Below are positions 1 through 9,315 of a stretch of 54,686 bases of DNA, in pieces. A program made the translations under genes and the position numbers. The notes under the pieces are model-generated. The model was given only the letters and a program-made list of their open reading frames with translations, was not told where the DNA came from and did not search any database. Position 1 is the first letter of the stretch, and each line of letters opens with the position of its first letter. The stretch comes from a virus (lineage: Duplodnaviria > Caudoviricetes), in the IMG/VR virus record IMGVR_UViG_3300020469_000060, positions 1-54,686 of that record; one strand, 5' to 3'.

Positions 1-362
1 TGCTCAAACCATTTTTGCTGGTCGTTAGCAGATGCACTTTGGTCTAGCAGTTCATTATCTCTCCAAACCTTAAAGATATTTGGTTTGATACCACGAACAA
101 CTTTCCATTCAACATTACCTACAGTAAATTCAACTTCAACAAGACAGTCTTTCTCGTTAGTTGCATTGATTAGTTGTGGTTTATTAATTTTACGAAAAGG
201 TTTACCAAATAACGAAAATGTAAGCGCATCTAAAATAGTAGATTTACCTGCACCATTAGTGCCAATAATTAAATTTGTATTATTTTGAGTAAGACTAACT
301 TCAGTAAATTGATTTCCAGTAGAAAGAAAGTTTTTCCATCTAATAGTTTTAAATAAGATCAT
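1..362 (-). CDS. gp46: Recombination endonuclease ATPase subunit gp46 (SbcC/Rad50-like), N-terminal part; runs off the window's left edge
   Basis: Not in the ORF track. Hand translation from ATG at 362 gives MILFKTIRWKNFLSTGNQFTE...IIGTNGAGKSTILDALTFSLFGKPFRKINKPQL, with a Walker A motif. Follows gp47 as in T4-like phages. Confidence 0.95.
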   Translation of the reverse strand, partial: MILFKTIRWKNFLSTGNQFTEVSLTQNNTNLIIGTNGAGKSTILDALTFSLFGKPFRKINKPQLINATNEKDCLVEVEFTVGNVEWKVVRGIKPNIFKVWRDNELLDQSASANDQQKWFE

Positions 363-621
363 GCTCAGTATCAGGGGGAATCACAATGTCATTGGGAGTA
401 ATAAGTGTGTAACTATAATTATGCAGTACACAAGTTTCAATCATAGCTTCGTTATCAACTTCAATAACGTGCATTTCTGGACTGCCAGAGTTCTCTAGCA
501 TCATAGCATATCGAGATGCATCGTCTTCTTCTTGAAAGATATAGAGAATATCTGTTCCGTCTTTGTTAGCAACAGAGTATGCCCCTTCAGTTTCCTTTCC
601 TAAAATCGTTAAAATAAACAT
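349..621 (-). CDS. Hypothetical protein between gp47 and gp46
   Basis: 90-aa acidic ORF overlapping the gp47 stop and gp46 start, consistent with translational coupling. Confidence 0.8.
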   Translation of the reverse strand: MFILTILGKETEGAYSVANKDGTDILYIFQEEDDASRYAMMLENSGSPEMHVIEVDNEAMIETCVLHNYSYTLITPNDIVIPPDTEHDLI

Positions 622-1670
622 TACACCATTTCACATGCCTCTTGATACGTATCTCTGATAATGTTTTGTATCTTTGATTTATCAAGATTTATTTCTGCCT
701 CCTCAATATATCTATCCAGGATTGAAAGAGTATCTTCAGACTCCATAGCAGAAAATTCTTTATCATCATACCACCCACCAAAGTCATAATTTTCTACGAT
801 CTTTAGTTCGGCAACACCTACAGAATATAGTTTATCAATAACCTTCTCAAATTCTTTGATTCTTGGTTTGCTTCTAACAATAACTTTTACAATTTTATTT
901 TCATATGGAGTAACATCTACCATTTGATGGGACTCGTCATCGTAATACAAATTGTAGAACATCCGATATGGATTATTAATCGGAGTCAATTCTCTAGTAT
1001 CCGTATCAAAGATGTGAAAACCTCTAGAGTCATTTACATCATTCCAGAACATTTCATAAGGATTACCAAGATATGAAATCTTGCCATCAGAAGAACGTGT
1101 ATGATAGTGACCACTGTATACCGTAGAGAACTTAGAGAAGACTTCTTTATCCATACCGTGGTCCATCACCACATTCTTGTGTGCCCTAAACCCACTGAGT
1201 TCAAGATGACCCATAGCACAGTCATACTTAGTCTTATTAAGTACTTTTAAAGTATCTTTTTCGTTCTCATCATTAATCCAAGGAACAAATACTACTCCTA
1301 GTTTGTCAAGTTTAACTTCTGTTGGTTCAGAGTATATAATAACATTTTCATATTCGCGAAGTAGTAAGTCAACTGCATTAACATTATTAGTGTTTTTATA
1401 GTATGCAGTATGATTACCAACAATAGTATGAACAGTAACTCCCATATCCTGGAGTCTGTCATAGTAATTATTCTTTGCCCAAGAGAGTGCCGAAAAATCA
1501 ATACCTTTACGACTATCAAATGTATCACCCATATCTACAATAGTAGTAATACCCTCTTCCTCAATGGTGGGGAAAAAGACATCATTGTAGAACTTTAGAA
1601 AATAGTCGTGAAACAGTTTAGAGTTCTTACGGGCACCAAAGTGCTGATCGGTAATGATCGCAATTCTCAT
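621..1670 (-). CDS. gp47: Recombination endonuclease subunit gp47 (SbcD/Mre11-like metallophosphoesterase)
   Basis: Metallophosphoesterase motifs DQHFG, GDTFD, GNH, GH and GHYH; synteny gp55-gp47-gp46. Confidence 0.95.
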   Translation of the reverse strand: MRIAIITDQHFGARKNSKLFHDYFLKFYNDVFFPTIEEEGITTIVDMGDTFDSRKGIDFSALSWAKNNYYDRLQDMGVTVHTIVGNHTAYYKNTNNVNAVDLLLREYENVIIYSEPTEVKLDKLGVVFVPWINDENEKDTLKVLNKTKYDCAMGHLELSGFRAHKNVVMDHGMDKEVFSKFSTVYSGHYHTRSSDGKISYLGNPYEMFWNDVNDSRGFHIFDTDTRELTPINNPYRMFYNLYYDDESHQMVDVTPYENKIVKVIVRSKPRIKEFEKVIDKLYSVGVAELKIVENYDFGGWYDDKEFSAMESEDTLSILDRYIEEAEINLDKSKIQNIIRDTYQEACEMV

Positions 1671-2206
1671 TGATAACGGAGTTTACTATGGACAGCATCT
1701 TTGATGCTATTATAGTCGCTGTAGTTCGATCCGTCAAGGGTGTTGTTGTCGTCAAAAACCTCACTATACTCTGAGCGTTCGATAATTTTATTTTTAATAT
1801 CTAACTGTCTTTTCTCTCGCTGAATACGACGCAGAAAAGCGTAATGAATAATCTGAGTGAAATACGCAAAAGGGTTCTGTGATTTTTCTGGATTAAAGTT
1901 ATGGATATATTGTACGCAATTCTCAATACCGTCAGAAATCATATCTTCTTTAAACATATAGTTTACGAAGTTTGGTTTAAACGATAGATGATTAGCAATC
2001 TTTAAGAAGCACTCTCCAATATATCGTGGGATGCAAGGTTTAGTTTCCCACCTCTGTGACCTATCTTGTTTAGTAGGTTCTCTGCCGTACAAAGCAATAA
2101 AAGTTCTCTCAACTTCACTACGATACTCAATGAGTGCCGCAAGGAATTCTTTATTGTTAACGTAATGCTCTGACCTTTTCCTCTTGGCCATCGTAGTGCC
2201 TACCAT
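1667..2206 (-). CDS. gp55: Sigma factor for late transcription gp55
   Basis: HYVNNKEFL, IGECFLKIA..LS..PNF.NY, MISDGIENC and NPFAYFTQI motifs. The true start may be the second Met (MAKRK). Confidence 0.95.
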   Translation of the reverse strand: MVGTTMAKRKRSEHYVNNKEFLAALIEYRSEVERTFIALYGREPTKQDRSQRWETKPCIPRYIGECFLKIANHLSFKPNFVNYMFKEDMISDGIENCVQYIHNFNPEKSQNPFAYFTQIIHYAFLRRIQREKRQLDIKNKIIERSEYSEVFDDNNTLDGSNYSDYNSIKDAVHSKLRYQ

Positions 2207-2230
2207 AAGTTTTCATCATAATATGTATAT

Positions 2231-2259
2231 ATTATATCATCAATACAAACACTTGACAA
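2231..2259 (-). promoter_or_regulatory. Sigma70-type promoter for gp55-gp47-gp46
   Basis: Minus strand reads TTGTCA-17 nt-TATAAT just upstream of gp55. Confidence 0.7.
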
Positions 2260-2281
2260 GTATCTAAACCATGTGTAGAAT
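2253..2281 (+). promoter_or_regulatory. Divergent sigma70-type promoter pointing antisense to the uvsW operon
   Basis: Plus strand reads TTGACA-17 nt-TAGAAT. Confidence 0.55.
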
Positions 2282-2313
2282 ACCTTTGTTGGGTTTGAAG
2301 AGACAGCTATAGA

Positions 2314-2739
2314 TTACTTAGATTCTTTAGGATCTTTATTAGAATTTTTATATATTTTCTCTAGAACTTCTTTTGCATCTCTTACACTAGAGAGATATCC
2401 CATCTTTCTATCAATTTTAGATGAACCGTTGTTGTTATCTTTAGTACTACCGGTTCTAACATATTCTTGATACATCATTATAATTTCTATATCAGATGAT
2501 TCTGATAGAGTAAGAACATCATCCAATCTAATTATAAACATATCTTCAGATGTAGTCTTTAACCATGGTTCTATTTTATAACCAACTACATTATCTGTTT
2601 TAGATTTAATTTCTTTTACATTAATTGGATTAGAAACTATTAGCATAGTTCTATCTTGCTCTTCTGAGGCTGCTACTTTAGCAAATATTTCTTCTCCACT
2701 TCTAAGTTTAATAGTTGCGTAAAAATCTTCTTCTATCAT
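2314..2739 (-). CDS. Conserved hypothetical protein downstream of uvsW
   Basis: 141-aa ORF with ATGA overlap with the uvsW stop; IKL.SGEEI and PW motifs. Confidence 0.85.
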   Translation of the reverse strand: MIEEDFYATIKLRSGEEIFAKVAASEEQDRTMLIVSNPINVKEIKSKTDNVVGYKIEPWLKTTSEDMFIIRLDDVLTLSESSDIEIIMMYQEYVRTGSTKDNNNGSSKIDRKMGYLSSVRDAKEVLEKIYKNSNKDPKESK

Positions 2740-4217
2740 ATTCCTCCGTTGAGTTGTATGGTAACAATTTCATAATTAAACTTCTCCTCATTGTATTGTT
2801 TAATTCGTTCTATAAAATGATTAAGTGTGTAGTTTCTTCTTGTGGTAGTTGAACTGTCGTCAGCAATATCGTATAAAGTTGCTTTTAATTTGTTCTTTCC
2901 TTTTCTAAGCACCCGTCCAATGCTTTGAAGGTTTCTGATTCTGGATTTGCTAGGTGAGGCGAAGATAACATTATGGAGATTTTTAATATTGATACCTGTA
3001 GAAAAAGTTCCATAAGAAGCAACAATAATGGCATTGTTTTCTCTTTCAGTTATTTCTCTTACTAACTCTCTTTCTGTGGTATCAACTCCACCGTGGACAA
3101 AAAATACTTTTTGGTTATCTTTCTTTTGATTATTTATCTTGTCGAAAAGTACTTGACCATGTGCTTCTACTCTTGCAAATAACACAAGAGTATTGCCTTT
3201 CATATCTAATGCAAGATTGGTGATAAAGTTATTTCTTTGTTGATGAGTAATTAAATACTGAACTTCATCTTCAAATACATCAAATTTACGAGGAGGATGC
3301 TTAAGAACAATACACTGAATATCTAATTGGGATAAATGTCCTTGCCTCATCAACTCATCTGTTCTGGTCACTTTGTATGAAGGACCAAAGACTCCCTCTA
3401 ACACCCACTTATGCGTCTGTGTGCCGTCTAAAGTTCCAGTGAATCCAAATCTATACTTTGCATGATGAAGTTTGGTCATGATGTTAATTAGAGACTTAGA
3501 CTTGAATAAGTGTGCCTCATCACCAATTACCACATCATATTCTTCAAACCAAGATCTTTCTAACTTATAGATAGATTGCCAGGTAGTAATGGTTATAGGA
3601 ACATTACTATACTTTTCTCGACCAGAATAGATACGGTGACAATATGAATCAGCATCCCAACCATAGTCAAGAAAATCCTTGTGCATCTGCTCTACAAGAG
3701 ATGTCGTTGGAACAACTAAAAGAACTTTTTTCCCTTGGTTCTCGTAGTATCTTACAAGAGAATAAATCATCAAAGATTTGCCAGAAGCAGTGGGGCTTAT
3801 CAATAGCTTTCTATTGTGTTTTAAAGCACCGTATACTCCCTCAATTTGATACTTCCTGGGAGTATGAGAACAAATGGAATGCATATAATCCTTGACACCT
3901 TCATATGAGATCTCCTCATTCTCTTCATATGGGGTGCCATAAAATTTATTGTCCTCAAACGTATAAGAATAATCGTATTGCTTACAGAAACTGACAATTT
4001 TATCTAGCAGACCGACGTAGATTTGCTTGGAACGCATATCAAAGAGATGTATCTCTCCATTCCAATTTCTACCACGATACTGCGGCATAAATTTTGCATT
4101 AGGAACCTCAAACTTAAAGTGGTCTCTAAGTTCATATTCAATATGAGGTTCAGTATTAATTTTTAAAAATACTTCGTTGGACTTAGATATAACAAGATTT
4201 GCTGACGTATCGATCAC
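2736..4217 (-). CDS. uvsW: SF2 DNA/RNA helicase UvsW
   Basis: Walker A SPTASGKS, DEAH box, TGT motif and QSIGRVLR motif VI. Confidence 0.96.
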   Translation of the reverse strand: MIDTSANLVISKSNEVFLKINTEPHIEYELRDHFKFEVPNAKFMPQYRGRNWNGEIHLFDMRSKQIYVGLLDKIVSFCKQYDYSYTFEDNKFYGTPYEENEEISYEGVKDYMHSICSHTPRKYQIEGVYGALKHNRKLLISPTASGKSLMIYSLVRYYENQGKKVLLVVPTTSLVEQMHKDFLDYGWDADSYCHRIYSGREKYSNVPITITTWQSIYKLERSWFEEYDVVIGDEAHLFKSKSLINIMTKLHHAKYRFGFTGTLDGTQTHKWVLEGVFGPSYKVTRTDELMRQGHLSQLDIQCIVLKHPPRKFDVFEDEVQYLITHQQRNNFITNLALDMKGNTLVLFARVEAHGQVLFDKINNQKKDNQKVFFVHGGVDTTERELVREITERENNAIIVASYGTFSTGINIKNLHNVIFASPSKSRIRNLQSIGRVLRKGKNKLKATLYDIADDSSTTTRRNYTLNHFIERIKQYNEEKFNYEIVTIQLNGGI

Positions 4218-4238
4218 ATAAATCCATTCATCTAATAA

Positions 4239-4246
4239 TATTTATT
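4239..4246 (-). promoter_or_regulatory. T4-type late promoter (AATAAATA) upstream of uvsW
   Basis: NATAAATA overlapping the upstream gene's TAA. Confidence 0.6.
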
Positions 4247-4427
4247 ACATCTCTTTAAACTTATGTTCTAAAACAATTCGATAGAAATGATTCCTCATGG
4301 CAATCAAATCTTCCTGTTCAAAAGGATCACCACCTGACCATTTTTGAACTGCTTGAGATAACCCAATATGTATTATACGTATTGCTTGTATTGGTAACTC
4401 TACATTGTAATAATGGTCTTCTTCCAT
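4245..4427 (-). CDS. Small hypothetical protein
   Basis: 60-aa ORF coupled to the uvsY stop (TAATG). Confidence 0.75.
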   Translation of the reverse strand: MEEDHYYNVELPIQAIRIIHIGLSQAVQKWSGGDPFEQEDLIAMRNHFYRIVLEHKFKEM

Positions 4428-4864
4428 TATCCTAATCCTGCATTAAATCTCATAAATTCAATAGCGTTTTTAATTTGGTATGTTCGGTTAGTAATCTGCT
4501 TTAAAATACTCTCAATATACACTAACATAGTTTCATAGTAATCAATTTTTAGTGAAACACCTGAAAGTTTTTCATCTGCATCCAAATATTTTTGCATAGT
4601 ATCTTTATCTCTAATTTTTTTAGGAAAAGGATTTTCGATATAAATTTCTGGGTCTGATTTTCCACTAAAATATTCATAACGTTCGTGTCGAATATTCTTA
4701 CGTTGCTGCTCTGCTTTTTTTCTTAAAAGGAAGATTGTATTATATAATTCAAAATATTTTGCGTGGAGTGCTGGAATACCTAAAGACTCATTGTGCAAAT
4801 TGTCTGGGTCTATTTTAGAATCCTTTTCCCACATATCTTGAATAGATTCAAGATCAAAACTCAT
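4427..4864 (-). CDS. uvsY: Recombination mediator UvsY
   Basis: D.KID..L..ESL.IP.LHAKY, YLDADE.L and R..QIKNAIE..RF..G motifs; synteny gp3-uvsY-uvsW. Confidence 0.92.
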   Translation of the reverse strand: MSFDLESIQDMWEKDSKIDPDNLHNESLGIPALHAKYFELYNTIFLLRKKAEQQRKNIRHERYEYFSGKSDPEIYIENPFPKKIRDKDTMQKYLDADEKLSGVSLKIDYYETMLVYIESILKQITNRTYQIKNAIEFMRFNAGLG

Positions 4865-5424
4865 AAATCTTGTCCTCTGGTATTTGTTATATTATAGTTA
4901 GTATACTTGAAAGATACTTCTGCTGTAAAGTATTCTATATCAGTATCTGTAGCATCAAAGGTTAATGTTGATAATGAGTATGGAAACAGGTCCTTAAAAT
5001 TAACCTGAAACTTAGGTACGTTATTACTACTTAAAATTTGAAGAGTACCATCAGAATAAATGTTGTCACCTTGCCCATCAAAAATAGTATCGATACTGTT
5101 AGGTAAGGTTACTTGAGATTCAAAATCACTAAACTCTTTTAGACTGTCTGGAAAACCTAATCCACGAATCCATTTCTGAATTTCCATATAGTTTCCAAAA
5201 TCTTCATCAATGAGATAACGTACTGTTAAATCACCAAACTCTATTTTATCACCAGGAACTGGAACATCTTTCAGGTAAGAAGGTTGAAGAACTACTCCCA
5301 AATCCATTGAAGGAATATTTGCTTGATTGCAAAAATATGATACTTGAGGAATTCTATCAATCCTGAATATAAACCCAACAGGTGCCAAATAGTTCCTATT
5401 TTCAATGGGGGTTACATATGACAT
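4861..5424 (-). CDS. gp3: Tail completion / tail tube terminator protein gp3
   Basis: N.L...F.F.I, FC..ANIP, PGDK..FGDL.V..LIDE...NY.EI..W and F.DLFP.SLS motifs. Confidence 0.92.
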   Translation of the reverse strand: MSYVTPIENRNYLAPVGFIFRIDRIPQVSYFCNQANIPSMDLGVVLQPSYLKDVPVPGDKIEFGDLTVRYLIDEDFGNYMEIQKWIRGLGFPDSLKEFSDFESQVTLPNSIDTIFDGQGDNIYSDGTLQILSSNNVPKFQVNFKDLFPYSLSTLTFDATDTDIEYFTAEVSFKYTNYNITNTRGQDL

Positions 5425-5445
5425 CGGTTTTTAGATATTTAGCAT

Positions 5446-5471
5446 AAAAAAAGAGGGTCCGAAGACCCTCT
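5446..5471 (-). terminator. Rho-independent terminator after gp23
   Basis: Minus strand AGAGGGTC-TTCG-GACCCTCT followed by a T-run; C(UUCG)G tetraloop typical of T4-like terminators. Confidence 0.92.
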
Positions 5472-5493
5472 GTTTAACTCTTGTGAGTATGAA

Positions 5494-6897
5494 TCACATG
5501 AGGTTCTTAACGCGGACGCGACGATAGTAGCGGTTAGCGTTAGTGGTGAGTGCGCCGAGACCTTGTGCGGTGCCCTGTGCGAAGGGGTTAGCAACCATGC
5601 CGTAGCGCGTCTTGAAGCCAATTTTTGGCTGGAAGGTGTTCTCTCCAACTGCACGAACCATCTGAAGAGGAACGTATGGGCAGTAGAATAGACCTGCGTC
5701 ATAAGGGGAAGAACCCTTATAACCAACGACGTAATACTGGTCAGAAGTACCAGTACCGGTGTTTGCCGAATAAGGATCGATATATACGCGATACTTACCT
5801 TGGAGAACACCTGCGAAGGTGTTGCCGGTGTCGTCAACGTTAAGGTTAGCGTTGAGTGCAGGGGTGTAATCGAGTACGCCTGCCATGGTCAGAGCGGAAG
5901 CAACGTCTGCGGAGCAGAGGATGATGTTGCCCTTTCCACGACGAGTGCGCTGTGCGATTGCGTTTGCATCGCGCTCGATTTGGAACAGAAGTCCTTTGAA
6001 CTTCTCAACAGACCAGCGACCGTTGCTGTCAACGTCGAGGTCAAACTGACCAGGAGTTGCGGTGTTGTTAACAGCACCTTGCTCAGCAGTCTTGTAGATG
6101 GTTCTGATGACTTCACGGTTGATTTCAGCAAGAATCTCTGTGGAGAGAATGTTTGCCAATTCCGCTTCAGCGTTCAGACCGTGGATTGCCTTAAGGTCTT
6201 GTGCGAGTTCTAAGGAGTACTCTGCTTTCAGTGCTCTGGACTTAGCAGTAACGGTGACCTTCTCAATCGAGAAAGCCATCTGGTTGAATTCACCTTCGGT
6301 GCCATCACCCAGTTTTTCTGCTTGGTCGGTACGCATACCCTGACCAACATCATATCCAGTCTCGGATGCAGATGCGGTTGGGTTCAAGAGACCAGGGTTG
6401 CTGCCGCTTTGTGCAGTTGTACCCATACCAACACCAACGCCGGTCATACCTGCGGTGTTGTTGAAGTCAGAATCCTGACCAGAGAATGCAGTATCTGCTT
6501 CGTCGAAGAATGCCTCTGTGCCGCTTTGTGTCTCATACTTGGAACGCATCGCGAAGATGAGTCCAGTAGGTCCAGACATAGGCTGAACACCTGCCAGGTC
6601 ATATGCGACCAGGTTAGGCATAGAGCGTCTGATCAAAGAGATCAGAACGGGGTCGAAACCTGCGGTAGGACCACCAGCTGCGGAACCGCTCTGGAATCCG
6701 TCTGCACCAGCAGACATATTAGGGCCTTCCGTCAACATTCCGCCATGCTCAAATGCGGATTGCTCTTTTAAAAATTTTTCTTGGTTTTCTAACAGGACAG
6801 CGGTGACAGCTCTACGATGATTGTCAGAGATTTTCTCGCAACCTTCGTGATTAAGAAGAGGTGCCCACTTTTCCTGCAGATGCTCGGAATGGAACAT
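5494..6897 (-). CDS. gp23: Major capsid protein gp23
   Basis: KWAPLL, LLENQE, LIRRSMPNL.AYD..GVQPM.GPTGLIFAMR, SRALKAEY..ELAQDLKAIHG and FQPKIGFKTRYG motifs. Confidence 0.99.
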   Translation of the reverse strand: MFHSEHLQEKWAPLLNHEGCEKISDNHRRAVTAVLLENQEKFLKEQSAFEHGGMLTEGPNMSAGADGFQSGSAAGGPTAGFDPVLISLIRRSMPNLVAYDLAGVQPMSGPTGLIFAMRSKYETQSGTEAFFDEADTAFSGQDSDFNNTAGMTGVGVGMGTTAQSGSNPGLLNPTASASETGYDVGQGMRTDQAEKLGDGTEGEFNQMAFSIEKVTVTAKSRALKAEYSLELAQDLKAIHGLNAEAELANILSTEILAEINREVIRTIYKTAEQGAVNNTATPGQFDLDVDSNGRWSVEKFKGLLFQIERDANAIAQRTRRGKGNIILCSADVASALTMAGVLDYTPALNANLNVDDTGNTFAGVLQGKYRVYIDPYSANTGTGTSDQYYVVGYKGSSPYDAGLFYCPYVPLQMVRAVGENTFQPKIGFKTRYGMVANPFAQGTAQGLGALTTNANRYYRRVRVKNLM

Positions 6898-6942
6898 TTG
6901 CTTTTTACCTAGTGTTTGTTTTTGTTTGAATTAATATTGAAT

Positions 6943-8073
6943 TCAGGAGTTATTGCCGAGACCAAAGGATCCCAGGGTTTTCATATATGCTGCCATTGAA
7001 CCTGAATAGGATTCAGATCCTGCAGAATCAACACCCTCGGAAAGGGTTTCAGTCTTTGCTTGTGGAGCCTGAGTCTTGGAATTGAAATACGATTCCTTCA
7101 GCGTCTCCAGTTTTTCACGATAAGATGTCTCACTTTCAAACTCCACACTTTCGGCAAGTGAGGCAAGCTTTTCTTTCTGTGTGGAAGCTAGTCCCTCAGA
7201 AACGTTATCAAGAATACCATCAGCAACTGATTCGGCAAGTCTGCTATTCAGTGTGATGTTCTTCTCAATTTGCTCATTGAGTTTGGTCTCCATATCATCT
7301 AGTTTTTCTACCATGCTCTCAAGCACATCATATTTTTCTTCAGGGATTGATACATAATGTTCTTCAAAAAGATTCTTCATTCCAGCAAGGAATGATTCAG
7401 TCATTTCGGTCTTCAGACCGCTTTCGATGACAAGTGCGTTTTCTTCAAACCACTCATCAGCGACATACTCAAGATACGAATCAACACGCTCGGCCAGTAC
7501 TTCTTTCTCTTCTACGAGAGCAGCAACTAACTTTTCTTCGTATTGAACTTCGATTGCCTCTTTGATTTCAGTAACTTTAGCAGAAATTGCTGCTTCAAAA
7601 ATCGTCTTTGCTTTTGCTTTGAATTCTTCGGAAAGTTCTTCGCCACCGAGGAGAGCATTAACGTCTTCTTCGACGTTATACTCTTCAACTTCCGCAACTA
7701 CTTCTTCAGTAGCAACTTCTTCTTCAGAAACTACTTCATCAGTAGTAACTTCTTCTTCTTCGATGGTTTCTTCAGAGGAGAATTCTTCTTCTTCTTTCGT
7801 CATGGTCGGCGCAGCATCAGCTGCTTTAGCACCCTTATTAACCACATCCTTAACTTGCTTAAGGGTTCCGCCTGGAGTCTTCAGCTTTGCTGAATCGTCA
7901 TCGGTTTTGTAGTTTTCTGGGGTGGGTCCACCCAGATCTTCGACCGAACCCAGTTGGGTTCCGGGATCCGCCATAGTTGGCATTGGATCTCCAGCCTTCG
8001 CACCAGCGTTAACTGCAGTACGGGATTGCGGTGTCTTTACTTCCATTTCTTGTAATGATTTTCCACGAGACAT
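6943..8073 (-). CDS. gp22: Prohead core scaffold protein gp22
   Basis: Very acidic; ELSEEFK.KAKTIFEAA and VDSYLEYV..EW motifs; lies between gp21 and gp23. Confidence 0.95.
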   Translation of the reverse strand: MSRGKSLQEMEVKTPQSRTAVNAGAKAGDPMPTMADPGTQLGSVEDLGGPTPENYKTDDDSAKLKTPGGTLKQVKDVVNKGAKAADAAPTMTKEEEEFSSEETIEEEEVTTDEVVSEEEVATEEVVAEVEEYNVEEDVNALLGGEELSEEFKAKAKTIFEAAISAKVTEIKEAIEVQYEEKLVAALVEEKEVLAERVDSYLEYVADEWFEENALVIESGLKTEMTESFLAGMKNLFEEHYVSIPEEKYDVLESMVEKLDDMETKLNEQIEKNITLNSRLAESVADGILDNVSEGLASTQKEKLASLAESVEFESETSYREKLETLKESYFNSKTQAPQAKTETLSEGVDSAGSESYSGSMAAYMKTLGSFGLGNNS

Positions 8074-8110
8074 TTGAACTCTCCGATTACCTCTGATTTT
8101 AATCTATATT

Positions 8111-8118
8111 TATTTATA
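8111..8118 (-). promoter_or_regulatory. T4-type late promoter TATAAATA for gp22-gp23
   Basis: Exact T4 late consensus in the intergenic region, followed by a GGAG Shine-Dalgarno. Confidence 0.85.
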
Positions 8119-8121
8119 ATT

Positions 8122-8772
8122 TTATAAATTAGAAAGGAATTGATCAAATAAGAATAACTTATTCTCTTCTAATTGTTTGGTATCAACTAATGTATTAATT
8201 CTACGCTTAGTTTGCTCAGCATACTTTTCACGGAGAATACCACCTTCCCATACCCAGTCTTTACCTTCCATAATTCCTTCAACGAAAGCATCAGGAGCAG
8301 AAGGATCTGCTACAATATCTGCAGCAGTGGCAAGCATAAAATCTTCACCAACAATATTTACGCCTTCTCTTGATGGTCTTAGTGAACCAATACCACGCGA
8401 AGAAACGCCAAGTTTTACACCTTCACTAATAAGTGATTCTGCAATCTTACCCATAGGGGTAGAAAGGATTTTTGCCTTACCAATAAAGTTTGAACCGCTT
8501 TCTTTAAGAGAAACGATTTTATGCGAAACTCGATCGAGGTTTACTGTAGGACCATCGGGGTGACCCAATTCTCCAAGTGCTCTCCCAGAGTTGATGTTGC
8601 TTTCGTTATAACGAGCAACTTCTTTTCTAAGAGTTTCCATAGGATACATCCGACCATTACGGTTCTGAATGTTACCCTGAAGGAAAACACCTTCGATATA
8701 CAGGTTCTTTTTACCGTTGCGTTGTTCAACGATAAATTCTACCTGTTCGATTTCTTCTGTAATGAGTTTCAT
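8122..8772 (-). CDS. gp21: Prohead protease gp21
   Basis: MKLITE, LYIEGVFLQ, NRNGR.YP, ALGELGHP, GVSSRG.GS and D.VADPSAPDAFV motifs. Confidence 0.98.
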   Translation of the reverse strand: MKLITEEIEQVEFIVEQRNGKKNLYIEGVFLQGNIQNRNGRMYPMETLRKEVARYNESNINSGRALGELGHPDGPTVNLDRVSHKIVSLKESGSNFIGKAKILSTPMGKIAESLISEGVKLGVSSRGIGSLRPSREGVNIVGEDFMLATAADIVADPSAPDAFVEGIMEGKDWVWEGGILREKYAEQTKRRINTLVDTKQLEENKLFLFDQFLSNL

Positions 8773-8776
8773 TTCT

Positions 8777-9049
8777 TTAGTTGGTAAATCCTACTTGTGC
8801 TCCTTTTACTGCAGTGTTTGCAGCAAATACACAGTGACTAGGTTGTTTCTCCAAAATTTCTACGGTTCCTCTTGGCAGTGTAAATGAACCAACAACCGTA
8901 CCACTTTGTGTTTCAACAACGGTAACCAGATAATCGGCACCCGCAGCAGTATTAACTAAGCGAACAGCAGTTGCTGAAGCAAAACTAGTTGCTGCACCTG
9001 TCGTAGTTGGTAGTTGTGCTTCCGCAGCTTTAATCAGTGTCCTAGACAT
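8777..9049 (-). CDS. Hypothetical (probably virion) protein
   Basis: 90-aa Ala/Thr/Val-rich ORF with its own late promoter inside the head cluster. Confidence 0.8.
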   Translation of the reverse strand: MSRTLIKAAEAQLPTTTGAATSFASATAVRLVNTAAGADYLVTVVETQSGTVVGSFTLPRGTVEILEKQPSHCVFAANTAVKGAQVGFTN

Positions 9050-9070
9050 TTTTATATGACTGTTATGTTT

Positions 9071-9078
9071 TATTTATA
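9071..9078 (-). promoter_or_regulatory. T4-type late promoter TATAAATA
   Basis: Exact consensus in the intergenic region. Confidence 0.8.
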
Positions 9079-9080
9079 AA

Positions 9081-9281
9081 TTACTCTTCTTCCTCAGTAG
9101 ATTTCCCAGTTTCCACCTCTGTTTCAATCGCTGCATCTGGTTCTCCAAAGGTAGAACCAGCAACTACTTGTCTATAAGCATCAACTCTTGCTGCAGTTTT
9201 TGCATAGAGTAAATCTTTGATGGTATCACTGATTTGGGAAGGAGATTCATCAGTAACCATCATATCTAGAAGTTCTTCCAT
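9081..9281 (-). CDS. Small acidic protein, possible prohead core protein (gp67 position)
   Basis: 66 aa with an acidic C-terminus, directly after gp20. Function is inferred from position only. Confidence 0.7.
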   Translation of the reverse strand: MEELLDMMVTDESPSQISDTIKDLLYAKTAARVDAYRQVVAGSTFGEPDAAIETEVETGKSTEEEE

Positions 9282-9307
9282 TTATAATAAGTATGATATA
9301 CTACCAG

Positions 9308-9315
9308 TATTTATA
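9308..9315 (-). promoter_or_regulatory. T4-type late promoter TATAAATA
   Basis: Exact consensus immediately after the gp20 stop. Confidence 0.8.

Noticed and set aside
5439-6771. Several 70-149 aa ORFs overlapping gp23 (antisense and alternative frame)
   Set aside because: Shadow ORFs expected from the strong codon bias of the capsid gene; no RBS or recognisable motifs.
7543-7912. Phe-rich and Ser-rich plus-strand ORFs
   Set aside because: Antisense reading of the GAA (Glu) runs in gp22.
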